This document shows, piece after piece, positions 11,019 to 22,800 of a DNA stretch of 64,000 bases. The notes under the pieces were generated by a model. It made no database searches and was not told where the DNA came from. It saw nothing but the letters and a program-made list of their open reading frames with translations. A program made the translations under genes and the position numbers. The DNA is taken from contig NC_079167.1 of NCBI RefSeq assembly GCF_947568905.1, positions 88,474,001-88,538,000 on the forward strand. The letters are read 5' to 3'. How positions within the stretch are numbered: the first letter of the stretch is position 1; each line of letters starts with the position of its first letter. This DNA comes from Ostrea edulis (Eukaryota).

Positions 11019-13894
11019 ACTAAAATCCCTGTTCTTTAAACCTGTTTCCATGACTAGCTGTCCATTTCTTGAATAGGTTGAATATGTTTACCAAATAAGA
11101 TATCTGTTTACATTTCAAAATTGACCAATCCAGTAATGTGACAATACTACAATACCTATTATAAACATTATCAAGTGATGTTGCTTGTCAGCTGTTAAAT
11201 TTCTGATATTTTCTTCTATTACTCTGAATCTTCCTTAAGTTCAATGTCCTCTGTCTTAAGGGAGTTGGGTATTTGCTTATCATTAGAAAACTGTCTAATA
11301 ATATTTTAATGTTTATAAATTCTAATGTCATAATATGTGAAATGCTTTGTGTGTTTTGTGGGAGATGAAATCTGCAGAGGACTACCTGTTCTTTCTAAAT
11401 ATCCATATAGTTTCTATTTAGCATCAATAGCACTAAACAAAATGCTATCTAAATGTTTTACACATAAACGCTATATACTCTACTCTGAAGTCAGAACCTC
11501 TACCCTAGGGATCATGACATATACAATTTTGGTTGAGGCCTTCCTGCTCTAGACCACTATGCATTTAGTTCTTCTTGCAGATGTTCAGTTGTTGAGAAAA
11601 AGCTTTTTGAAAATTGGTCAATTTTTGCCCCATCCCTGAGGTTTCAGGGGTGCAGGAGTACTAAAATTTACAATTTATGTCCCCTTTGTCCCAAAAATGC
11701 TACGTACCAAATTTGAAAAGAATTGGATTTGTAGCTATCAAGAAGAAGTTAATAATTTTCAATTGATAATGCAGGCCAATTGCAACAGGTCACCTGAGTT
11801 TACTCAAGTAACCTAAAATTTAATTAAGGTATTCAACCTAAAACAAAACCCCTTTCAATTTGAAATTTTCAATTAGCTCTGGTTGTATAAGATTTTTCAA
11901 TATCTTTATTCAATGATCAATATTTTTGGTCAGATTTCTGCAGTGCTACATCAGAAAAATCTAGAGTTGAAACATGGAAGCAACGAGTCATAAAGGTTTG
12001 CACTATATCTGTTTCAGAAAATAAATGCAATTCTAGAAAGAAAAAAGAATTCAGAGAAGAATTTGGACAGCATTTCCTGCCTTGACCCTTCTAATATCCT
12101 TTTTCTATAGGTCATGACCCTCTCAATTACCTCTTTCCTGATCAAAACCTCTCAATGACCTCTTACCAGATCTTTCTCCAGCTGTCCAGTTCCTAAATAA
12201 AGGGAGGCAATCACTATCCGTTTCCGTGCTGCTCTAAAATTTGTCTGCAAAAACGAAGTGAAATTGTCACAATCTTAATGTAGACTTGTTACACTTACAT
12301 ATGTAGTTATTTCCTTTTCTACTTTCAAAATACATCTATACATGTAGGTAAGTCATTTGTACAAAAACAAAACATGTTGAGGATGGATTCTTGTCAATAT
12401 AAAAGATATGCACCACATGTACATTTTTTTCGGCATCATAGAATGTGGAGCCCCTTTACTCTTTCTTACTTACAGTTGTAACGCTGAACACTAAATTGAA
12501 GTCTGGAGAACTTGAAGCATAGGCAACTATATTTTCAATTGGAATCATTGACTTAAATAAAATTCACTTTATTCTCTCAACTTATTAATTTAATTGTATT
12601 TAACATAGACTTTTGTCTCCAATAAAATAAAATCGAAATAAAATGGATTTTCAAAACAATGACAAAAATTAACATAACATAGAAAATTTGGATATTTAAT
12701 TTGAACTAGCTACCCGGTATCAGAAGGCATTGGAGATGTCCTACCCCTTTTCTTTTTATGGAAAAAAAAAAAAAGAAAATAATTTTCTTTTTTCCAAATA
12801 ATGCGATATATTACATCAGTGTCCTTATATGAAGAAATCAGAGTAGTTTAGGAGTGACAAGAATACCGTCCACCAAGGGCCATAATTCTGCCAAAACTTA
12901 TCCAACCAGACCTGCATATTTTCAATTCAAAATGTCTATATATGACCGAGATGATGAGCAGAAACTGGATTGTTGTAAATTTTCTAAATCCAAGGGGCGT
13001 GATTCTGCCAAAATATTTTTGACAGAAATTCCATAGTAATTTGACCTGTGTATTCTCTTGATTTATCTATATACTGAATTTCAATAGAAAAATAAAATCC
13101 CTGTTTGACTGAGATAGAAGTTAATCAGCAGAAACTATGAATTGTTTAAAATTTTCTAAGTCCAAGGGGCACAACTCTGTAAAAATTTATTTCACCAGAA
13201 TCAAATAAAAGCTTGACCTGGATATTCTCATGAAGTATCTATATACCAAATTTCAGTGGAGTGCATCTTTAGCAGTGACAATGAACGGAAACTGAATTAT
13301 GATGGAAAAGGATAACACTAAAGCCACTTCCTGGCGGGGGCATAATAAGAACTGTGACACCCAGGTTTTTGTGCGTCAAATGTATAGATTCTAAAGTTTT
13401 TTGCATGCAAAATACCACATTTAAACTTGACAAGTAGATACAGTATTAGAAAAATCCATTTTTCATTACATCAAATGAATACGTTAATTTACCTTCAGAG
13501 TTTGATAAAAATCGTCTGGGGTACGAAGGATTTCCACCGAGTTGCCACAGATTCCAAAGCATGGTGCATAATCACCAACCCACGACAGTGTGTTACAGAC
13601 GGGGTCTACCGGGTGAATAGACTTCTCAGTTTTCAAAGCTGCTGTTCCAGACGAGAGGAATCTAAGAAAATTGTTGAACATTACTGAACATTATGAAAAA
13701 AAATACATATATATTCAGTGCAAATTAATAAATAAACATATAAAACAAAAACCTGGATGCAAAATTCCAAACATTAGTAAACATAATGAAATTCCAGTGT
13801 GTTCCTATGGAGGAAAGAAGAAAACTGACTTACTAAATGGAACAACATGACTGTCTTGCTGCAGGCAAGAAATGTTGATATACCCTAGGCACAT
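4416..13894 (-). CDS. PGS1: CDP-diacylglycerol--glycerol-3-phosphate 3-phosphatidyltransferase, mitochondrial (phosphatidylglycerophosphate synthase), complete
   Basis: Minus-strand exons with GT-AG ends and matching phases: 13493-13683, 12167-12244, 9815-10104, 8540-8721, 7733-8043, 6683-6908, 5618-5700, 4416-4535 (TAG). From ATG 13681 this gives 492 aa. An in-frame upstream exon 13834-13894 (MCLGYINISCLQQDSHVVPF) would give 513 aa but is less certain. PLD-superfamily motifs QHMKVYLFD...SGANLSDNYFTNRQDRY and YHVKGLW...GSSNFGYRSVYRD, plus RIVIASLYLGTG and SPQVNGFFGA, match PGS1. Confidence 0.95.
6490..6675 (+). mobile_element. Short Helentron-like repeat fragment in a PGS1 intron
   Basis: Contains aaggtcaa motifs and ends in aaaactatatggcc...ggaggcataaaaa, the terminal hairpin pattern shared with other elements here. 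Confidence 0.5.
8232..8363. repeat. 43-bp minisatellite, 3 copies, in a PGS1 intron
   Basis: Unit caggaatgagtgtgatgcaatgtgtcagaacccagactgtcat starts at 8232, 8275 and 8318. Confidence 0.9.
8841..9089 (-). mobile_element. Full-length tRNA-derived SINE with 13-bp TSD
   Basis: Head GGGGACTCCGTGGGCGAGTGGTTAGAGC (A box) ... GGTTCGAATCCC (B box). Core gtgagaaagtttcccag...gaaggtcggtggt resembles the Meta domain (inference). (AATC)n tail. TSD ttgaaatacagat at 8828-8840 and 9090-9102. Confidence 0.85.
10147..11025 (+). mobile_element. Helentron-like element with Cg170-type monomers (about 2.5 units)
   Basis: acaagaggcccaagggccac 5' end; satellite monomers; 3' aaagctcacttgagctttcagctcaggtgaactaaaa. 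Confidence 0.85.
11490..11818 (+). mobile_element. Helentron-like element fragment, second family
   Basis: Ends in the caggtcacctgagtttactcaagtaacctaaaa terminal hairpin. Confidence 0.55.
12856..13348 (+). mobile_element. Helentron-like element with internal ~165-bp repeats, third family
   Basis: acaagaatac 5' end; repeated tctaagtccaaggggc units; 3' hairpin ccacttcctggcggggggcataataa. Confidence 0.6.
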
Positions 13895-14216
13895 GTTTCA
13901 CTTGGCAAATCAGGAAGCTTGTTTCTACACTGCATGTGTTAATTTTACCACAACACATAATCAACAGAGAATAAAACATGTATGTATTGACTTCTTGTGT
14001 GGGTTAATGTACTACCCCCGTCAGCTAGAGGTTCGCGACGAGGTACTTCTGACCTAGTAGTTAAGGAGTGCAGGGACGGTAACCGAGGCTCCTACTTACA
14101 GGAGTGGTGAGTGGGAACGAATTGGATGAATCATTTATAACATGTATAAGCTTGGTAATATCAGTTACCAAACAGTCTCATTAATATAGTGTCTATTCAC
14201 CGAGAACTGTCTCACC

Positions 14217-14445
14217 AATGGATTGTGTAATATCATTTAATGGATTGTATAGTATATTCAATACCATCTAATGAATTGTATATTATATATTCAATACCAT
14301 TTTAATGGATTGAATGATATCTTCAATGCCATTAAACAAATTGTAGAATATTTTCAATATCATTTAATTAATGGATATTAATTAAATATCTTGAAAACCA
14401 TTTAAAGAATTGTAAGATATCTTCAATACCATTCTTATGATTTTT
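14217..14445. repeat. Degenerate ~31-bp tandem repeat
   Basis: Recurring taatggattgta..atatcttcaataccatt units. Confidence 0.6.
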
Positions 14446-14553
14446 TAATAAAATATTTAATACATTTTAATACACGGATTAATGAAAGTGTGCATAAATA
14501 TCTACCACTGAGCTACCATGAGTGGTCATAGCATTGGTAGTACACATGTAACT

Positions 14554-14628
14554 ACAGGTGTATTAATGTTTATATTAAACAGGTGTATAATGTTTATATT
14601 AAACAGGTGTATCAATGTTTTATAATAA
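14554..14628. repeat. ~25-bp tandem repeat, 3 copies
   Basis: acaggtgtattaatgtttatattaa repeated three times with small variations. Confidence 0.8.
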
Positions 14629-14757
14629 ACGTGTGCTTTGATTATAAAGAAAAGTTTCCTCTCTATTCCTACATGTACCAATTAGCAAAACTAGGGAATA
14701 TAAATGAACATATATAAACAGTATATGTTCAGAGAAGTATGTACCAGACATCAGAAA

Positions 14758-15144
14758 TAAGAGGCCCATGGGGCACATCACTCACCTGAGTCACCTCAGC
14801 CCATATTCAAAGATTTCCCTTGTATATTTGTTTGTAAGACTTTGATCCCTATTGTGGCCCCAACTTACCCCTGGGGGCCATGATTTTTACAAACTTGAAT
14901 AGATCTGCATTATGTCAGAAAGCTTTCATGTAACTATAAACTTTTATGGCCCAATGGTTCTTGAGAAGACTTTTAAAGATTTTCCCTATATTATGATTTG
15001 TATTTAAAACTTTGATACCCTATAGTGGCCCCAACCTACTCCTGAGGACCATGGTTTTAACAAACTTGAATCTGCACTATGTCAGGAAACTTTCATGTAA
15101 ATGTAAACTTTTCTGGCTCGGTGGTTCTTGAGAAGAAGATTTTT
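14758..15144 (+). mobile_element. 3'-truncated Helentron-like element with Cg170-type monomers
   Basis: aagaggcccatgggg 5' end and two monomers; the conserved 3' end is missing. Confidence 0.8.
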
Positions 15145-15618
15145 ATCGTATTTGACCCAGGTACCCATACAAAGGGCATCAATTTTTTTTAGTTTATTTA
15201 TTTAGGAATAGGCACATATACAATATAAATACAAGACAATATCACAGAGGAACACATAGTTAAAACAAAAGTTGTTGTTAAATACATAAGATAAAAAGGT
15301 AAATTTTAACAGCTATTTGACTTTAAGAGTACAGTGAGTAAATTAATGTATATGCCTATGCCAAGGATAACCCATGAAAGTCATATAACTTATTTCCAAT
15401 GGGGTCCTTAGTTACACAAAGTTACACAAAAAATGCAAAACTTTTTAACTGACATGCTACACTTTATGATGCAATAGCATGCATAAACCTCACAATAGCA
15501 CAAATGACATAAAAATTCAAATCTGCAGGAGTCCTTTACATTTCATTTCAATATGTAATTCATAACCTGGCAAGTACTAAAACAAAAAAACCAATCATTC
15601 CTCTTTAAGAGATATACC

Positions 15619-16311
15619 TCACACATATTTGCCATTTATTTCAGTTGTATGGGGAAAATTTCTGGATCTGTTTAGCTGTGCTCGCTCTAATGACTGCATT
15701 TGTTCAAGTAATTTCTCCCAAACTAACAACTTTTTGACGTAAAATTCCCAATTGACACAATACAGGATTCTGTATACCATAGAGGGTCAATTAAGTCAGG
15801 TGTGCATGTTGTAATTAAAATATAACTTTATTGCTTAAATTAAAGTACATGATATAGTCAGTTAAAAAGCTCTACAGAGTTTGTGTTGATTTGTTGAATG
15901 TAAATAGTGTCGATTTTAAATAAAATTTACTTTATGTCAAGGACTTACAAAAGCAATGGGGCCCTATATACTTGTTGTGGTTTTTTGTCAGCGCTTAGAA
16001 TGAACTTTGCTATTTTGGTTTTGTCTCCAATCAATACCTGTATAGTGAACTAATGAAAGGGCCAAAGGTTTGTATTGGGTTAAATGGGAAATGAATTGGA
16101 ACTTCTTTTTTATTACCACAGCTAGTACACTACCGTAATTACATGTTCCTTGTATGAAATGAATTAGAAATAACATAACCCGAGCATATCTATAATTACC
16201 TGAGTCCACTTTGTAGTCCAAGATATTTAAGCAGACGTCGACCTGACCGCAGGGTACATCGAATTTTACAAAGCATAATTTATCATTAAACTGTAAACAA
16301 GCTGACTGCAT
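15619..16311 (-). CDS. Candidate small spliced ORF (127-144 aa) of unknown function, divergent from the dynein promoter
   Basis: ATG at 16311 (accATG). Exons 16117-16311 (optional in-frame 51-nt intron 16149-16199), 15949-16037 and 15619-15769 join with GT-AG ends and compatible phases. No homology recognised. Confidence 0.35.
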
Positions 16312-16727
16312 GGTGTATTAAAAAAAACTTCTGAAGAACACACCCGACGATAAATGAAAGATTTGATTATTCTTATGTTTTGGCGAAAATACACAATTTA
16401 TCACACAGGCCTAAAGCTTTTCATAACTTTATAACTTTATCAAACATTACATTTTTTTAATAGCAATTAAAAAAAATTGATTGAGGCTAGTGGGGGGGGG
16501 GTTACTTCTAGAAATACAATAAGAGTTTTGATAGAAATGAAGCTATGATGACGTGAAAAAGAAAAGAATCCTTCAGACTCAGTAAAACCCTGCATTCATT
16601 CTACCCATTCCATGCTTTTTAATATATATATATTTCCAAACGTTTTGTTACATTATTTTTTGCTGTATTTAGCAGTCGCCACTTGAATGCCTCGGCAAAT
16701 TCCGTCATATTTACGGTAATTTCCGAG

Positions 16728-16781
16728 CACGTGTTTACCTAGCAACGGCTGGATACAGGCGACATTATTGCCATTGGTGAC
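16728..16781 (+). promoter_or_regulatory. Putative ciliary promoter module: E-box, forkhead site and RFX X-box-like motifs
   Basis: CACGTG (16728-16733), TGTTTAC (16732-16738), GTTTACCTAGCAAC (16733-16746) and TTGCCATTGGTGAC (16768-16781), 90-145 bp upstream of the dynein ATG. Confidence 0.55.
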
Positions 16782-16873
16782 TTGTTCAACGCACAGTGAG
16801 ACGTGCGGAATGTTGTAGACTTTAGAAAATAATAGTTGTGTGTTAGATAAAGGATTCCTTTAGAAGAGGAAAC

Positions 16874-19800
16874 ATGGCATCGGAACTCGAGCTAAATGAT
16901 TCTCGAGTGGAGTTCATCGCTGACTATGTCATCAAAACTCTCAAGATCAAGCCAGACAAATGGACCAAAATGTACAGTCTCGAAGAGACCAGACAAATGT
17001 ATCTAGACTTCTTTGAGAAGTCAGATATACCATGTCTTATAGTAACTGCAACTTCGGCGGGTGGTCTAAACACTCAGTTTGAGTGGCCAAACAATCCTAA
17101 AGCCAAAGCTTGCTATTTTGTCAAAAAGGGCAGAGATGCTATTCAAAAGGAAACCAATTTCAGAAAAGCCTATCTCTATGGTGACATGTCCTACCAGCCA
17201 TTGGACCAGTTGTCTGCGTTTGTTGATGAAGTAAGTTAATTAAATTTGAAAATTTCTTCTTCAAGCTATAGGTGACAAATATATGTGTAGCTATGGTATG
17301 CTGGCTTTAGTTCAAGTTAGACAGATGACTCATTTCTTAAAACAGCATTATACAAGTTTTTTTTTAAAGAGACCTGGAATGATTAAAAGGATTTTTTTAA
17401 ATATCTGCCAAGCAATGCCCTGAGAATGAAATCATTGCAGTTGCATGTTTGCTTTGATCAATGGTTATAGAATTTGGCAGACCTGCATAGGTTTTTCGCA
17501 CCCAGCTCAGCATTTCTGGTTTGTCTTGGGCATAAATCTTTCATGTTGATATACAAAGCTCCTTAAATCAATACCCAATTAGTATGGTGTAAGTATTCTG
17601 GAATCAATAATTAATTGAAATTAAGTGTTCAAAGAAAATTAGAATCATAAGATATAATGTGATTAAACATGCTTTCCCTATTTTATCATTGTTTTTGTGC
17701 TGATTATTTATTTGAGGAATAAAAATAATTTTTACTCTTTTCATATGATATAAAGTAAGTTGGGGCAATTTACACATTATAAATCATGAACATGAAAGTC
17801 ACTGTGTTAATTTCCTTCTACTTTGTTCTATCTAGGTCTTGGTGCCACTTCTGTCCAACGACAGAAACCATGAACAGTGGCCCCATGTTGTCTCTAAAGA
17901 TGTTACAAGACATGTACACAGTTTGAAGAGTAATGTGTATGTGGTGTCTGGTCAGGCCAAGGGGAAGACACTCCTCCCCCTACCTGTGGGAGCTGAAAAA
18001 GTGGAACAGGTGGAAGAGGACAAGTAAGTTACACTTTTGCAACACACCCATGGTCTGTGAGAAGGGAATTCATATAAGTGCATATGCTTTTGCTTTCCAA
18101 TCTCAAGAATTCAAATAATTATGTGTACAATCATGTTCTTGCTTTTGAAATAAAAACAGTTTTTAAAAAAAATAATGAACTAGCATATGGTCTGATAGAC
18201 TCAAGGAATTTATGATAAACTCAAAATTTCAGGAATAAAATTAGTAGTGTTTTATAAAATTCCCAGTTGACTAGAATAACTGTGTACCCAAGGATAAAGA
18301 AATTATTGCAAATAAACTCATCACAGAATAATGACCATCATAAGCCTATAGTAACATCTAAAAATATGGTATGTGATAAGATCTATAATCCCATGATAAA
18401 TAATATATGAATTCAAAAAAATTCTAGGGACACACTTGACAGAGCCCTGATTCATGCCATTGAATCTGTGATCATTGATTGGACTCATCAGATCAGGGAT
18501 GTACTCAAAAAGGACTCAGCCCAGCCCCTGCTTGAGGGACACAACCCCACCCCATTTGTGGAGATTGAGTTCTGGAAGAACAAAGCTACCAACTTAGAAT
18601 GCATATATGACCAGGTATAACAATAAACATACTGGTAATAAAAATAAACACAACATTTTCATACTTGAGCAAAACACTATGTGTCATCTCTATGACCTTT
18701 ACAGCTCAGGGATCCAAAGGTCAGAAAGATGGCAGAGATTTTAGAGAGAACACAGAGCAGCTATTTCCCCACATTCAAGGACATCTTCAGAGATGTTGTG
18801 GCAGGTAATGATTGAAAACAAATCAGTAACATAATCAAATGTTTGAGTGATTCTTTTTTTACATAGTATATCATTCTCATTTTGCACTGTGCAGAGTACA
18901 TTGCTATTGTCAAATTTATTTCCATGCAGCTTTGACTGAGGCACAGGACATCAACATTTACCTGAAGCCCCTGCGTCATCACTTTGAGGATTTTGAGCAG
19001 GCAGAATTTGACGAGAGCATTCCCATGTTGGCCCCAATGATGCATACTTGCTGTCTGACCTGGGCCAACTCTGAGTACTACAACACTCCAGCCCGCATCA
19101 TTGTGCTTCTGCAGGAAATGTGCAACATGATCATTAACATGGTAAGAGTCTTTGTAATAAGGAACATTTGTTAACTCTAGTCTGATGCTATATCTGAATG
19201 ATATTCAAAGAATGTCATGTAGATGGTTGATAACTCCTGTGTTTTAATATACTGTTCTTTTATAGGCTAGAACCTTCCTTGATCCAACAGAGATCTTCAA
19301 AGGAGAGATTGAGGAGACCATTGAGAAAGTTCGTAAAGCTTGTAGTGTGCTGGATGCTTACAGAAGCACATATGAGGATCACAAAGAAAGACTGAAGAGC
19401 TATTTCCCAGAGGGAACAGAGCCCAGACTGTGGGAGTTTGCACCCAAATTGGTGTTTGCTCGCTATGACAAGTTTGTGGAAAGAGTCAAGACTGTTAGGG
19501 TAGGTGGAAGGTTAAGTTGTCATATAGAAATATTAAAGCTTTTGTATGTATACTCGGTACTTTTGTCTGTAAGATGTGAATCACTTTGTGAATGGTGGAT
19601 TTTCAGGAGCTGATGGAGACTGCTTTGGAGTTTATGAAGCTAGAGAAGGTGGAGTTTGGTGGTATCAAGGGAAAGCTTCTAAGTCAGCAGGTTGTACAGC
19701 TGCATGAAGAATTCCAGGAGCAGTATGGAGTTTTCACCAACAAATCTTACGATTGTCTAGACCCAAGCAGTAATGTAAGACAGTTAACTACCTAAATTCA

Positions 19801-22800
19801 TATATTTTGACATTGTTTTAAACTCAAAGAAAATTTTATAAGTAATTTGACAACTTTACATTTAAAGGAATTTTTGGAAGACTTCCAGATGTTCTTGGAT
19901 AAGATCAGCGACTTTGACAGAAGACTGGCCACTATTATCTGTCAAGGTTTTGATGACTGCTCAGGAATAGAATCGGTATACAAGGTAGGCATGATTGCGA
20001 TGTGCAATGATCTTTCAACTACCTTATGTACTCTTCTTGGCAGAGGTTTTGACTGTTCTTTGTGAACAGCTTACAAGTATTAAACGAGAAACACTTTTGA
20101 TATGGGATTTTAGAAAAACTGTAATGATGTGTAATGGTTATGTTGCAGATGTTGGACATCTTGGGCTCCTTGCTTGAAAGAGAGTTGATCAAGAAAGACT
20201 TTGATGAGAAATATCCTCTCATTGTGAAAATGATGGACAAAGAGTTAGATACTGCTAAACTTATTTATGATAATCAAATGGCAGCTAAGAAAGAGGCCGG
20301 TAAGGCATCACTTCACAAAAACATGCCCAAAGTTTCTGGCAGTTTGAGATGGGCTCAGGAACTCAGGGAGAGGATTTCAGCTCCAATGGGTAACTTCAAG
20401 TCACTGGAGCATAGGTACCCATTGTTTGTCATCTTCATTAATCTGATATTGTAAACCAACTTTTATTTGTGACGACTTTATTTCGCTATTTACCAGTGAC
20501 GAACTGGTTCACAGAGACGAATTTTCATGACCAAGATAATTTTAAGCGTTCAAGAAACATTAAAGGTCTGGTTTGTGGTGAGAAATTTTCGCAATGAAGA
20601 GGTTGTCATGAACCTCGCGAAAATTTCTCGCACGCAAATAAAAGTTGGTTCACAGTACCTAATATCTTGTTTTTATTAGACATTGTGGATTGTTGGACAC
20701 AATTTGATGAAAATTGTATTTGATTTTTTAGATGTATGCAGGAGGATAGTGCCAAATTAGTTTTCACCAAATATGAAGAAATGTGTAACCTTCTGAGTCA
20801 GTAAGTGGATTTGTATACATTTTCTGAAATGATGAATGTCTTGTTATAATTCTGAACATTAGGATGGATGATAATGTGTTTGTGTGTCTTTGTAGGTGGG
20901 ATGACGAAATCTACAAGGAGTGGGAAGCAGGAGTGAGTGAAGCATGTTCATTCAACCTTAGTCAGCCTCTGATTGTTAGAGACGAAGAGACCAAACTCAT
21001 CAGTGTGAACTTTGACCCACAGTTGACTGCTGTCTTGAGGGAGGTGAAATATCTGGAGGCTCGTAGCCAAGAGGAGATTCCCCAGAGTGCAGCAGACATG
21101 TACAAGAAGAATGACACATTGTGGAAGTTCCTAACAAACTTAGATCTCTCTGTTCATCTGTACAATAAGGTCAGAAACACTATCCTAGAAGTGGAGTTCC
21201 CACTTATTGAAAGTCAGCTCCAGGACATTGACGTTCAGTTGGAGCAGGCAGAAAAATCACTGAACTGGGAGAGTGAAGGTGTTTGGGATTACATAGAGAA
21301 AACGAGGAACCAAGTCATTGACCTTGAAAAGCGAGTTCAACAAGCCAAGGACAATGTGGAGGAGATTAAAACACTGATGGCAACATGGAGCAAGCAGCCT
21401 CTGTTTGAAAGGAAGGAGGACAAACACGATACGTTGCTGAATGTGGATGACAGGAAGGAGAGACTGAACAAACGTTACGATGAAATCAAAAACATCGGAC
21501 AGAAAATCCATGGACTTTTACAGGTAAGGAAGTATTTGATGCAAATTAGTTTTAAATCCTGTCATTGTCAGAGCATCCGATAAACATCCAACTGGTAGTG
21601 ACAAATTGAACTTTCTAATTGCAGAAAAATTTGGAGTTATTCAAAGCAGATGGAAACACAGATACATGGAAGGCCTATGTGGATTATGTAGATGAAATGA
21701 TTGTAGATGGATTCTTCAACACAATTCACTGCAGTCTTAAATTCTTATTGGATCAAACAGACACCAAAAATAATCCCAACCCATTGTTTGAAGCTCACCT
21801 TGAACTTCAGGTGCCAGATATGGTGTTCCTTCCGTCATTAGACTATGGTGTAGCTGATGGATTCTATGATTTAGTGGACGGTCTAGTCGGTGATGTGTAC
21901 AAGCAGGCCTCTTTAGTTGGACGCTTGGCTGCACACAGTGGACAGGAGCACTACCAACCAGACTTGGAGGACATGGAAGAATTATCAGAAATGAGACAAG
22001 AGTTAATGGAGAGGATACAAAACATTATGAACAAGGCCTGTGAATTCAGGAATACATTTGATAACTACTCCTATCTGTGGGTGGATGACAGAAATGAATT
22101 CATGAGGCAGTTCTTGCTGTATAACCATGTTCTCACCACTGAGGAGATTGAAGCACACGCCGAAGATGGTGTCCCAGAAAAGCCTCCTACACTTGACCAG
22201 TTTAAAGAACAAGTAATTTCCAAAACTTTCTGAACTGTTCATGAGTCATGTCTGTGTGTTGAGTTTTTTATTTGCTTTACCAAACTTTTGCTCATGTTCT
22301 CTTTTGATTCTACTTTCAGATTAATACATACGAGAAAATTTATGAAGAGGCAGAGAAAATAGAGCCTACCATGATTTTTGAACACTGGTTTAGGGTAAAC
22401 TCCAAGCCATTTAAACAAGCTTTATTGAACACAATCAAACGTTGGAGCTTTATGTTCAAGCAACATCTGATTGACCATGTAACAAACAGGTAAAAATTAT
22501 TTTTAGAAACATGAGACATTTCACAGGCAATATATGAGCTTTATACTTCTGTAAAGTAAAAAAAAACCTAAAAATCATACATGTTGATACATTTAGATCT
22601 TGTTCTTCATTATTTTCATCAACACTTCGTTATCCTGTTGTGGGCTTCATTGTTTTTGGTAAAGGTAAATGAAGTCATGTCTCTGCACATAACAGTACCT
22701 GAGTACTTAAAATAAAAATTCATGATTTCTAAGGAATTTTATGTATACAGACACTGTCAATGTAATAGGTTTCGCTGTAAACTTTGCAGTAAGCTAACTC

